64,000 nt of DNA from an uncultured Chloroflexia bacterium. GTDB taxonomy: Bacteria; Chloroflexota; Limnocylindria; Limnocylindrales; CSP1-4. Each line of letters opens with the position of its first letter. Position 1 is the stretch's first letter. The notes under the pieces were generated by a model. That model was not told the DNA's origin and searched no databases. It worked only from the letters and a program-made list of their open reading frames with translations. The position numbers were made by a program, and so were the translations under genes. Of the stretch, positions 27,984 to 37,188 are shown piece after piece. The stretch lies in NCBI GenBank assembly GCA_963712745.1, contig CAVQJC010000012.1:1-64000 (forward strand). The letters are read 5' to 3'.

Positions 27984-28039
27984 CGGCCGACTCCGGATAG
28001 GCGGCCGGCGACAGGTCGACGTCCCGCGGTAGCGGGCCC

Positions 28040-31000
28040 CTACGCCAGCTGTAGCTGCAGCAGGCCGCCGAAGCGGCGGCCAACCTCCGAAAGCAGCTCG
28101 GCGTCGTAGGCGATGCCGACCCCCAGCCGCATCTCCTGCGACCGCCCGGGCCCAGCCGGGATGTGCAGCACGATGGGCGTGCTCCCTGGGCGCGCGCGGA
28201 TGAGCCCCTTGAGCTCGCCGAAGGCGCTGACGATCCGTTCGTCGGGCGCCTGCCCGAAACGGATGTGCAGGACCTGGTCCGGCCCAGCCTCGGCCGGTGA
28301 GGTGGCGGCTCGCTCCGCTGAAGCGACGGCTGCACCGGCCTCATCCGGCAGCGGCGGCTCGTCGGAGCCGGCGGGCGCCAGGCCGTCGAAGGCCGGAGGG
28401 GCGGCCGGTCCGGAGATCGGCTCGAGCGGATCCTGGGGAGGCAGGTCGAGCGGCGGTGGCAGGTCCGTGCGACCCCCCTCAGAGCTCGCCTGAGCGGCCG
28501 GCCCGGCCCGACGTGCGGGCGCGCCACCGATGGTGATGGTGACGGTGCCCTCGGGCTGGCTGCCTCGCAGCGGCGAGACACGCGGCACGACCAGGGTCTC
28601 CGTGGGGGAAGCTGCGGCCACGGTCATCGCGCCCGGCGGACCCCCGGGCGGGCGAACCGGGTCCTGCCCGTCCCCGCCCCGGCCCCCGCCGTTGCGTCCG
28701 CGGCCACGCCGTCCCCGCTCGCCGGCAGCGAACTCCTGCGCGAACGCGGCCTCGCCCAGGGCCGTGACTTCGTCCCAGGCCCAGACCGCGTCGGCCAGGA
28801 TGACCGTCTCATCACCCTTGTGGTCGACCCGGCCGGCGAAGAGGAGCACCGCGTCATCGGCCAGCTTGGCAGCCACACCGGCATCAGCGTAGGTGCGCGG
28901 GAAGATGACCACATCGACCGAGCCCTGCAGGTCCTCCAGGGTGACCACGGCCATCGATTCCTTGTTGCGGGTCAGGACCCGCCGGATGCCGACGGCCATG
29001 CCCCCGACGACGACCCGCTGCTGATCGAGACCTTCTCCGATATCGCCCGACCAGGCGTTCACATAGCGGCCCATCTCGGCGGCCATCTCGCCCAATGGAT
29101 GATCGGAGAGGTACAGCCCCAGCAGTTCCTTTTCCCAGCGCAGCCGCTCACGCGAGGGTGCCTCGGTCGTCACCGGCAGACGCTGCTCGAGCCCGGCCCC
29201 GTCCTCGGCCATCATGTCGAAGAGCGAACCCTGGCCGGTGGCCCGGTCGCGCGCCTGCGCCTGGCCGTAGGCCATGGCTTCGTCGAGTCCCGCCAGCAGC
29301 TGCGCGGGATGGCCCAGGGTCTTGAGCGCATCGACCTTGATGAGCGCCTCCATGACGCGCTTGTTGACCAGACGCAGATCGACGCGTGCACACAGGTCGG
29401 CCAGCGACTTGAACTCGCCTCCGTCGTCGCGTGCGTCGATGATGGACCCGATGGCGCTCTCGCCCACGTTCTTGATGGCCAGCAGGCCGAAACGGATGGA
29501 ATCGCCCTCGACGGTGAAGTCCACGAAGCTGCGGTGTACGTCCGGGCCCAGCACCTCGATACCGAGGCGGCGGCATTCGGCGATGGCGCCGGCGACCTTG
29601 TCGGTGTTGTCCTTGAAGGCGGTGAGCACACTGGTCATGTACTCGACCGGGTAGTTCGCCTTGAGGTAGGCGGTCTGATAGGCGATCAGGCCGTAGCAGG
29701 TGGCGTGGGCCTTGTTGAAACCGTAGCGCTCGAAGGGCTCGAAGGCCTTGAAGATGGCGTCGATGACGCCGGGTTCGACCCCCCGCTCGGCGGCCTGCCG
29801 CACGAACCTGTCCTTCTGCGCGCGCAGCACGTCCGACTTCTTCTTGCGGATGGCGTAGCCGAGCGTGTCGGCCTCGGGACCGGTGAATCCGCCGAGGGCG
29901 ATGGCGGCGGCCATGATGTCCTCCTGGTAGACGAAGATCCCGTAGGTCTTCTCCAGGTACGGCTCCAGGAGCGGGTGCAGGTAGGTGACCTGCTCCTGCC
30001 CGTGTTTGCGCCGGATGTAGGCAGGGATGTTGTCCATGGGCCCGGGCCTGAAGAGCGCCACCATGGCCGCGAGGTCGTAGACCGAGGTGGGCCGCAGCTC
30101 CTTGATGTAGCGGCGCATGCCCGCGGACTCCAGCTGGAAGACGCCCGTAGTCTCGCCGCTCGAGAGCAGCTTGAACGTCCTGGCGTCATCGAGCGGGATG
30201 GTGTCGAGGTCGATCCTGACGCCGGCATGCTGGTCGATGAGGTCCACCGCCTGGCGCAGGATGGTGAGGTTGGAGAGGCCCAGGAAGTCGAACTTCAAGA
30301 GGCCCAGGGCCTCCACCCCGTGCATCTCGTACTGGGTCATGAGCGCATCGGAGTTGGTGGCCTTCTGCAGCGGCATCAGCTCCGTCAGCGGCTCGCGGCT
30401 GATGACGATGCCGGCGGCGTGGGTGGAGGCGTTGCGGGCCACGCCTTCGAGCTGCTTGGCGATGTCGATCAGCCTGTGGATGCCTTCGTCGCCCTCGTAC
30501 ATGTCGCGGAACGCCGGCGCCTGCTGGAGGGATTCGTCAAGCGTGATGCCGAGCGTCGTGGGGATGGCCTTGGCGATGCGGTCGACCTCGCCGTAGCCGT
30601 AACCCATGACCCGGCCGACGTCGCGCACGGCTGCGCGGGCAAGCATCGTGCCGAAGGTGATGATCTGGGCCACGCGGTCCTGGCCGTACTTGCGGGTGAC
30701 GTAGTTGATGACCTCGTCGCGGCGCGCGTCCTCGAAATCGACGTCGATATCCGGCATGGTCACGCGGTCGGGGTTGAGGAAACGCTCGAAGGGCAGGCCG
30801 TAGAGGATGGGGTCTACCGGCGTGATGCCCAGCGTGTAGGTCACGATCGAGCCCGGTGCCGAACCACGACAGGTGGTGGCGATGCCTTGCTCCTTGGCGT
30901 AGCGCACGAAGTCGGCCACGATGAGGAAGTAGGCCGCGTAGTCCATGCTGATGATGACGCCGAGCTCGTAGTCGAGGCGCTCCTGGAGCGCGTCGGTGAC

Positions 31001-31948
31001 CTCGCCGTAGCGCTGGCGCAGGCCGCGCTGGCACTCTTCACGGAGCCACGATTCCACGGTGTAGCCCTCGGGCACCGGGAAGTGCGGCAGACGCAGCTCG
31101 CCGAAGGTGATCTGCAGGTCGGTCATCTCGGCGATGCGCTTGGAGTTGGTCAGCGCCTCCGGCACGTCCTTGAAGAGCAGCTCCATCTCCGCCGCGGTCT
31201 TGAGGTAGAACTCGTCGGTCTCGAAGCGGAGCCGGTTCTGGGTATCGAGGTTGGCACCGGTGCCGACACAGAGCAGCACGTCGTGCGCTTCGTGCTGGTC
31301 CTTGCGCACGTAGTGGAGGTCGTTGGTGGCCACCACCCCGGCGCCGGTCTCCTTGCTCAGTCGCAGCAGCTTGGGGTTGAGCGCGGACTGCTCCGGGAGC
31401 CCGTGGTCCATCATCTCGAGCCAGAAGCCCTCGGGGCCCAGGATGTCGCGGTACTCGCCGACGATGCGGCGGGCGTTCTCGAAGTCGTCCACCTCGAGCG
31501 ACTTGGCCACCTCGCCGCCAAGGCAGGCGGACATCCCGATGATGCCCTCGCGGTACTTGTTCAACAGTTGGCGATCGAGGCGCGGCTTGTAGTAGTAGCC
31601 GTCGAGGTGGGCCTCGGTGATGATGCGGCAGAGGTTCTGGTAGCCGGTCCAATCCTGGGCCAGCAGCGTGACGTGGTAGTAGTTCTGCTCCGCCCGGCCC
31701 TCACGGTCATACATGCTGCGCCGGGCGACGTAGGCCTCGACCCCGATGATGGGCTTGATCTGCTTGGCCTTGCAGGCCTGGTAGAACGCCATCGCGCCGT
31801 AGAGCGAGCCGTGGTCAGTCACCGCGAGCGCGTCGAAGCCGTGTGCCGATGCCTCGCTGACGAGGTCGTTGATGCGACCGAGTCCGTCGAGGAGGCTGAA
31901 CTCCGAGTGCAGGTGCAGGTGGACGAAGTCGTTGGGAGCGATGGGCAC
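28040..31948 (-). CDS. dnaE: DNA polymerase III alpha subunit
   Basis: FVHLHLHSEFSLLDG, TDHG, RGSAPGS, FERFLNPDRVTMPDIDVDF, STHAAG, KFDFLGL, YGFNKAHA. Confidence 0.98.
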   Translation of the reverse strand: MPIAPNDFVHLHLHSEFSLLDGLGRINDLVSEASAHGFDALAVTDHGSLYGAMAFYQACKAKQIKPIIGVEAYVARRSMYDREGRAEQNYYHVTLLAQDWTGYQNLCRIITEAHLDGYYYKPRLDRQLLNKYREGIIGMSACLGGEVAKSLEVDDFENARRIVGEYRDILGPEGFWLEMMDHGLPEQSALNPKLLRLSKETGAGVVATNDLHYVRKDQHEAHDVLLCVGTGANLDTQNRLRFETDEFYLKTAAEMELLFKDVPEALTNSKRIAEMTDLQITFGELRLPHFPVPEGYTVESWLREECQRGLRQRYGEVTDALQERLDYELGVIISMDYAAYFLIVADFVRYAKEQGIATTCRGSAPGSIVTYTLGITPVDPILYGLPFERFLNPDRVTMPDIDVDFEDARRDEVINYVTRKYGQDRVAQIITFGTMLARAAVRDVGRVMGYGYGEVDRIAKAIPTTLGITLDESLQQAPAFRDMYEGDEGIHRLIDIAKQLEGVARNASTHAAGIVISREPLTELMPLQKATNSDALMTQYEMHGVEALGLLKFDFLGLSNLTILRQAVDLIDQHAGVRIDLDTIPLDDARTFKLLSSGETTGVFQLESAGMRRYIKELRPTSVYDLAAMVALFRPGPMDNIPAYIRRKHGQEQVTYLHPLLEPYLEKTYGIFVYQEDIMAAAIALGGFTGPEADTLGYAIRKKKSDVLRAQKDRFVRQAAERGVEPGVIDAIFKAFEPFERYGFNKAHATCYGLIAYQTAYLKANYPVEYMTSVLTAFKDNTDKVAGAIAECRRLGIEVLGPDVHRSFVDFTVEGDSIRFGLLAIKNVGESAIGSIIDARDDGGEFKSLADLCARVDLRLVNKRVMEALIKVDALKTLGHPAQLLAGLDEAMAYGQAQARDRATGQGSLFDMMAEDGAGLEQRLPVTTEAPSRERLRWEKELLGLYLSDHPLGEMAAEMGRYVNAWSGDIGEGLDQQRVVVGGMAVGIRRVLTRNKESMAVVTLEDLQGSVDVVIFPRTYADAGVAAKLADDAVLLFAGRVDHKGDETVILADAVWAWDEVTALGEAAFAQEFAAGERGRRGRGRNGGGRGGDGQDPVRPPGGPPGAMTVAAASPTETLVVPRVSPLRGSQPEGTVTITIGGAPARRAGPAAQASSEGGRTDLPPPLDLPPQDPLEPISGPAAPPAFDGLAPAGSDEPPLPDEAGAAVASAERAATSPAEAGPDQVLHIRFGQAPDERIVSAFGELKGLIRARPGSTPIVLHIPAGPGRSQEMRLGVGIAYDAELLSEVGRRFGGLLQLQLA

Positions 31949-32377
31949 GGGAGGCCATGGTAGCGACGTTTGGATGGCCCCGCCGGGGCTGGATCTGGGC
32001 TGAGAACCGCTACCCCTGCGGACCCGAGACGTCTTGCGAGCGCTGGCTCGTGGGCGACTGGCGCCGAGGTCCGGCCTGATCGTCCTGTATGGTTTGCATC
32101 GCGTCCAAGTGGCGCCCCGGTCATGGCCACATCGTGTGGTGGACGGTCACCAGCCTCTACCTACATCCTAACCAACCGCCCAGCCGTGACCTGAGGCCCG
32201 ACCCAGGGAGGGCATGCTCTGCCCCTGCACGCCTCGCCATCGCGACCCGCCGCCTCTAGCGTCGCGGTCCCGCGCGCTTCGGAGGTGGCCCTCGCACGCC
32301 AGGCGCATGCCAGGAACGCGGACCGTGGGGCCGATGTCCGTGCGGCTGCGGCCACGCGCTGCGCCGAAGGTCGACCA

Positions 32378-34147
32378 ATGGCTGGGACAGGAGCCCGCCG
32401 CCGGCCACGTTGGCGCACGTCGATGGCTGTCGCAGTCCTGCTGCCGCTGCTGCTCGGCAGCCTGGGGTTCGCTCCACTCCGCGCCGCCCAGCGAGACCTC
32501 CCGGCCGAGCCACTCACGTCCGTAGTGGCCGCCGAGGCCGAACCCACTCCCGAGCCGACGCCGACCCCCACTCCCGAGCCGACGCCGTGGCCGACGCCAG
32601 CCGGCCTCAAGGGTGTGGACCTCAGCCACTGGAACGGCCATCCGGACTTCACCAAGCTGCAGGACAAGGGAGTGCACTTCGTCATCTCGAAGGCGACGCA
32701 GGGCACGTCCTTCGTGGACGACACCTACCGCCGCCATACGCGAGACGCACGAGCGGCCGGCCTGCTGACCGGCGCCTACCACTTCTTCGACTACAACCGC
32801 AGCGGCATCAAACAGGCCCGGCACTTCCTCTCGACGCTGCGCGGCACGACGGGTCTGGGCTCGCATCTGCCCCTCGTGGTCGACGTCGAGACGCTGAAGT
32901 CCCTGGGCACGCCGGACACGGCCAAGGCGCGGGCACGGCTCCAAGACCTGCTCGACGAGCTCTACCGCCAGACCGGCCGCTACCCGATGATCTACACCAG
33001 CCGCTACATGTGGCAGAAGGTGGTCGGCGCACCGACGAGCTTCGGGCAATACCCCCTCTGGGTGGCCTGCTGGGGGTGCGACACCGTGCATCTGCCCAGG
33101 GGCTGGAGCGGCTGGCAGTTCTGGCAGTACGGTCAGGCCAAGTTCGGCTCCGGCCACAAGCTCGACGCCAACGTCTATCGAAGCGCCCGCGCCAAGCTCG
33201 AGCTCGAACAGGAACGGCCGATGCAGCTGGACCGGGGTTCCAGCTGGACGTCGGACCGGGTCATCGAGGCCGACCTGCGCGGCTTCGACGGCACGCAGGT
33301 CCGCTACGGCATCGACAGCGACACGTTCGGGCCGTGGCTGCCGTATGAGCGACGACTCGACCTGAAGCTCAAGAGCCGCCAGGGCAAGCAGGGCGTACGC
33401 CTGCAGCTGCGCAGCTTCCGCGGCGTCAAGTCCCCGGTCCTGCGCAGCAACATCCAACTCGACACGGTGGCGCCGACGGTGAACGGGCCCAAGGTCAAGC
33501 TGCGCGCGAACGCACGTGTGCCGCTCGGCGGGAAACGGGTCCCCACGGTCGTGACGATGGACGCCCGCGACGCGACCTCGGGCCTCAAGTCGGCCGGGCT
33601 CTCCGTCATCTGTGACGGCAAGGTGCGAGCTTCCAGCCGGGGGCTGGCTGCCGGCGACGGGCTCTCCGTCGAACTGGACCGGCGAGGTTGCACGCTCAGG
33701 GGCTCCGCCAAGGACGCAGTCGGCCATCGCACCACGCGCAAGCTCTCGCCCCGGGTGGGCGTCTACGACATCCGCCGGAACACGGGCCGCGCTACCTTCT
33801 CCGGACGCTGGCAGATAGGCAACAGCAAGGACGCCATCGGTCGGAGCGTGGCACGGGCATCCGAACGTGGCGCGACCGCCAAGGTCCGCTTCGAGGGCAC
33901 GCAGTTCGCCGTCGTGGCCAAGCGCGGCCCTGCCGGCGGTCGGTTCCGGGTCATCGTGGACGGCCGCGAGGTCGGTGTCGTAGATCTGTACGCCTCGAAG
34001 CCCACGACCCGCCGCGTGGTCTACGTGGCCAAGGTGCCCACGGGCAAGCACATGGTCAAGCTGGTGGCCACGGGCACCAAGCGCAAGAACGCCGCGGGTA
34101 CGAGCGTCTGGCTCGACGCGGTCGTCGTCCTCGACCGCCACAAGTAG
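32378..34147 (+). CDS. Secreted GH25 muramidase with C-terminal beta-sandwich domains; start uncertain
   Basis: GVDLSHWNG, KATQG, GAYHF, LVVDVE (DxE), PMIYTS, LWVA, WQFWQY. Confidence 0.9.
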   Translation: MAGTGARRRPRWRTSMAVAVLLPLLLGSLGFAPLRAAQRDLPAEPLTSVVAAEAEPTPEPTPTPTPEPTPWPTPAGLKGVDLSHWNGHPDFTKLQDKGVHFVISKATQGTSFVDDTYRRHTRDARAAGLLTGAYHFFDYNRSGIKQARHFLSTLRGTTGLGSHLPLVVDVETLKSLGTPDTAKARARLQDLLDELYRQTGRYPMIYTSRYMWQKVVGAPTSFGQYPLWVACWGCDTVHLPRGWSGWQFWQYGQAKFGSGHKLDANVYRSARAKLELEQERPMQLDRGSSWTSDRVIEADLRGFDGTQVRYGIDSDTFGPWLPYERRLDLKLKSRQGKQGVRLQLRSFRGVKSPVLRSNIQLDTVAPTVNGPKVKLRANARVPLGGKRVPTVVTMDARDATSGLKSAGLSVICDGKVRASSRGLAAGDGLSVELDRRGCTLRGSAKDAVGHRTTRKLSPRVGVYDIRRNTGRATFSGRWQIGNSKDAIGRSVARASERGATAKVRFEGTQFAVVAKRGPAGGRFRVIVDGREVGVVDLYASKPTTRRVVYVAKVPTGKHMVKLVATGTKRKNAAGTSVWLDAVVVLDRHK

Positions 34148-34187
34148 CCGGCTCGGGGGCGGGCCAGCGAGCGGACGCCCCGTCTGG

Positions 34188-34925
34188 CTAGCGAGAGTTC
34201 TCCGCGAAGGAGTCCTTGGTCCCTTCGAGCCACGGTCGCTCGTTGAAGGCCTCCGAGATGGTGCGTCCGAACCAGCCGGGGGGCTCACGGTCCTCCACGC
34301 CCTCGAGCAGGGCGACGAGCCGCGCTTCGACCACGTCGGTCATGGCCCGGGCTCCGACCTTGCCTCGCCCGAACTCGTCGGGGTACACCGGCTGGCCCGC
34401 GGTGATGGTCACCCGGCTGCCGAACGAGATCCAGCGTGAACCCACGATGGCAACGGGCAGGATGGGCGAGCCGGTCATGCGCGCAAAATGGGCCAGACCG
34501 GTCTCCAGCGGCAGGATCTCTCCCTCGTGGTCGCTGAGCCGGCCTTCGCCCGCGATGGCCAGGCAGGCGTCGCGTCCGAGCACGGTCACGGTCCGGCGAG
34601 TGACGTCGACGATGTCCCGGGCCTGGGGCTTGAATGGCACCCCGCGGCGAGTCCAGGTGATGAGCCGGTTGCGGATGCCGGTACTCATGTCCTGTTCGCG
34701 CGGACCGAAGATGTAGAGATCGCGGTCGCGATCGGGCCAGTAGGCGGCGAAGAAGACGGGGTCGAGCCACGAGGGGTGGTTGAAGCAGATGATGTATGAG
34801 CCGCCAGCCGGGATGTGCATGCTGCCGCCGACGCTGGTGCGCACGTAGGCGCTGGTCACAGCCTTGAGCACCAGGCGCACCGCGTGGTACCGGAGACGGC
34901 TCGGCGGGTCCTGGCGGTAGGTCAT
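34188..34925 (-). CDS. Lysophospholipid acyltransferase (PlsC family)
   Basis: NHPSWLD, AGEGR, PILPVAI. Confidence 0.88.
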   Translation of the reverse strand: MTYRQDPPSRLRYHAVRLVLKAVTSAYVRTSVGGSMHIPAGGSYIICFNHPSWLDPVFFAAYWPDRDRDLYIFGPREQDMSTGIRNRLITWTRRGVPFKPQARDIVDVTRRTVTVLGRDACLAIAGEGRLSDHEGEILPLETGLAHFARMTGSPILPVAIVGSRWISFGSRVTITAGQPVYPDEFGRGKVGARAMTDVVEARLVALLEGVEDREPPGWFGRTISEAFNERPWLEGTKDSFAENSR

Positions 34926-34953
34926 GTGCCGACTCCTACCCGCGCAGGCGGGT

Positions 34954-36033
34954 CTAGCGAACGCGCGCGGCCGCGGCGCCGCCGGGAGCACCGGTCACGA
35001 TCGGAGTCTCCCGGCCGAGCAGTGCGGCCGGCGGCAGCTCCACGCTCGGCGCGATGCCCGACTCGAGCCGGTCCGATTCCTCGATGAACAGCGGCACGAG
35101 GCCGGGGTCGAACTGCTTGCCACTATGCTTGCGCAGCTCCTCGAAGGCTTCTTCGACCGAGCGCGGTGCGCGGTAGGGTCGGCCACGGACGATGGCGTCG
35201 AAGGCATCGGCAAGCGCCACGATGCGCGCCCCCAGCGGGATCTCCTCGGCCTTGAGGCCGTCGGGATAGCCCGTACCGTCCCAGCGCTCGTGGTGATGGC
35301 GGATGATGGGCGTGAAGTCGCGCGACATGCGCAGCGGGTCGCAGATGCGCTCACCGATCTCGGGGTGCTCGCGCATGATGCGGAACTCGTCCTCGGTCAG
35401 CGGCCCGGGCTTGTGCAGGACGTGCTCACTGATGCCGATCTTCCCGATGTCGTGCAGCAGCGCGCCGTAGGCCACACCCTCGAGCGCGCCGTCACGAAGC
35501 CCGACATAGGCGGCCAGACGAGCCGATCGATAGGCCAGGTAACGGCAGTGGTCCTTGAGTCCGATGTCCTTGGCCTCGACGGCGTTGGCCAGGGCTACCA
35601 CGATGTCGTGGGCCTGCTCCATGCGGCGGATGACCTCACGCGTGCGGAACGAGCTGCGCAGCCGGGCCAGCAGCTCCACCTGCTGGAACGGCTTGGTCAC
35701 GAAGTCGTCCGCGCCGGCGTCGAGCGCGGCCACCATGTCGCTGGTGGAGGTGTGGGCGGTGAGGACGATGATGGGCAGCGTCACCGTGCGCGCGTCGGCA
35801 CGCAGGCGCCGGCAGATCTCGAGCCCGTCCATGCGCGGCAACGTCAGGTCGAGGATGAGCATGTCCGGCTGGTGTTCGGCGACCGCGCGCAGTCCAAGCT
35901 CGCCATCAGCGATGGCGATGACGCTGTATCCGGCGTCCTCGAGGATGCGACTCAGGACGCGCCGAACGGCGGCATCATCCTCGATGACTGCCACGCGGGG
36001 ACGTGTCGAACCCCGGTGGGCAGTGTCCTGCAA
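34954..36033 (-). CDS. Response regulator with HD-GYP phosphodiesterase domain (RpfG-like)
   Basis: REC: VIEDD, PDMLILD, DFVTKPF; HD-GYP: LLHDIGK, HHERWDGTGYP, ADAFDA, RPY. TTG start after GGAGG. Confidence 0.93.
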   Translation of the reverse strand: MQDTAHRGSTRPRVAVIEDDAAVRRVLSRILEDAGYSVIAIADGELGLRAVAEHQPDMLILDLTLPRMDGLEICRRLRADARTVTLPIIVLTAHTSTSDMVAALDAGADDFVTKPFQQVELLARLRSSFRTREVIRRMEQAHDIVVALANAVEAKDIGLKDHCRYLAYRSARLAAYVGLRDGALEGVAYGALLHDIGKIGISEHVLHKPGPLTEDEFRIMREHPEIGERICDPLRMSRDFTPIIRHHHERWDGTGYPDGLKAEEIPLGARIVALADAFDAIVRGRPYRAPRSVEEAFEELRKHSGKQFDPGLVPLFIEESDRLESGIAPSVELPPAALLGRETPIVTGAPGGAAAARVR

Positions 36034-36202
36034 CGCTCTCCCTCCACTGCGCCACGACGACTTGACGCGGGTCAGCCGTGAGTATACCGAGCGTTGACAG
36101 TTGTCACCACGCGCGCGTGTTCTTCTCGACGACGGATGCCCGGTCGCGAGGTGTACATCCGGGCCAGCGAGCCGAAACTGAGGGGAGTGATAGCGTGTGC
36201 GC

Positions 36203-37039
36203 ATGGCCAGCAACCCTCGGCCGGCTCGGCGCCGCCGCTCGATGGGCCGCATCGCCCGCACAGGCGCCTCGTTCGCTCTGGCGGGGACCTTCGCGCTCGC
36301 CCTGCCCGTCCTCGGCACCATCACGGCGACCGGGCGGGGGATCGCGCCGGTCGCGGCGGCCGAAGACGTCCGCCTCGACAAGGGCTCCATACCGGTCCGG
36401 ATCCAGGTGCCCAGTGCCGGCATCGACCTGCCGGTGGTCTCGAGCCAGCGGACGGTACCGGGCAACGCCGGCAGCTATCCGCTCTGTGACGTGGCCCAGT
36501 ACTGGACCATCTACGACCTGCCGGGCAAGCCGGGGACAGCCTGGATCTACGCTCACGCGCAGCCGGGCATGTTCCTGCCGCTGTTCACCATCTCCGAAGC
36601 GACGAACGGCCAGGGGCTGATCGGGGACAAGGTCAAGCTGCAGCTGAAGGACGGCCGTCTGCTGACGTACCGCATCACCGAGGTCCGCGAGCGTGCCACC
36701 CGGCGATCCATCGCCCAGCGCGACAAGCCCAACGAGCATCGCCTGGTCCTCCAGACCAGCACGGGCCCGCCCGGCACCGTGCCCAAGCTCCAGGTCGCGG
36801 CCAAGCTCGTGGACGCCACGCGTACCGACGCGAAGCCGCCCAGGGCCCAGCCACGGGCCTGCTGGCAGCCGAAGCCCAGGCCGACGCGCAAGGGCGCCAA
36901 GCCCAGGCCGACACCAGAGCCGGTCGAGGTGGTCGAGCCCGGCGAACCGTTCGATGCCATGGCGCTTGTGCTCGGGAGCGGGGCCGTACTGATCGGGGCC
37001 ACCATCGTGTCGGTCTACATCATCCGTCGCGGTCCCTGA
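36203..37039 (+). CDS. Sortase-like protein with LQTS in place of LxTC
   Basis: RIQVPSAGIDLPVV, PGKPGTAWIYAH, GDKVKL...YRITEV, LVLQTS; N-terminal signal and a C-terminal TM segment. Confidence 0.75.
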   Translation: MASNPRPARRRRSMGRIARTGASFALAGTFALALPVLGTITATGRGIAPVAAAEDVRLDKGSIPVRIQVPSAGIDLPVVSSQRTVPGNAGSYPLCDVAQYWTIYDLPGKPGTAWIYAHAQPGMFLPLFTISEATNGQGLIGDKVKLQLKDGRLLTYRITEVRERATRRSIAQRDKPNEHRLVLQTSTGPPGTVPKLQVAAKLVDATRTDAKPPRAQPRACWQPKPRPTRKGAKPRPTPEPVEVVEPGEPFDAMALVLGSGAVLIGATIVSVYIIRRGP

Positions 37040-37127
37040 CCCCTCCCCCTCTCCCGCGGGGGAGGTCCACAGGACTCGCCTGCCCTGATCACGGGCGGAC
37101 GCGAATGCGATGACGCGACACACGAAG

Positions 37128-37162
37128 ACGACGGCCGGGTCCTTGAGGGACCCGGCCGTCGT
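37128..37162. terminator. 15-bp perfect stem between convergent genes
   Basis: ACGACGGCCGGGTCC-TTGAG-GGACCCGGCCGTCGT. Confidence 0.75.
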
Positions 37163-37188
37163 ACCGGTTGCGAAAGGCTGGTGTTCGT

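Noticed and set aside
28250-28720. Pro/Ala/Gly-rich insert in the dnaE C-terminus as an intein or mobile insertion
   Set aside because: No intein splice motifs; it looks like a low-complexity linker before the terminal domain.
28820-31963. 1047 aa plus-strand ORF, likewise 38974-42273 and other long antisense ORFs
   Set aside because: These are shadow frames of GC-rich real genes (dnaE, adhesin) with no recognisable motifs.
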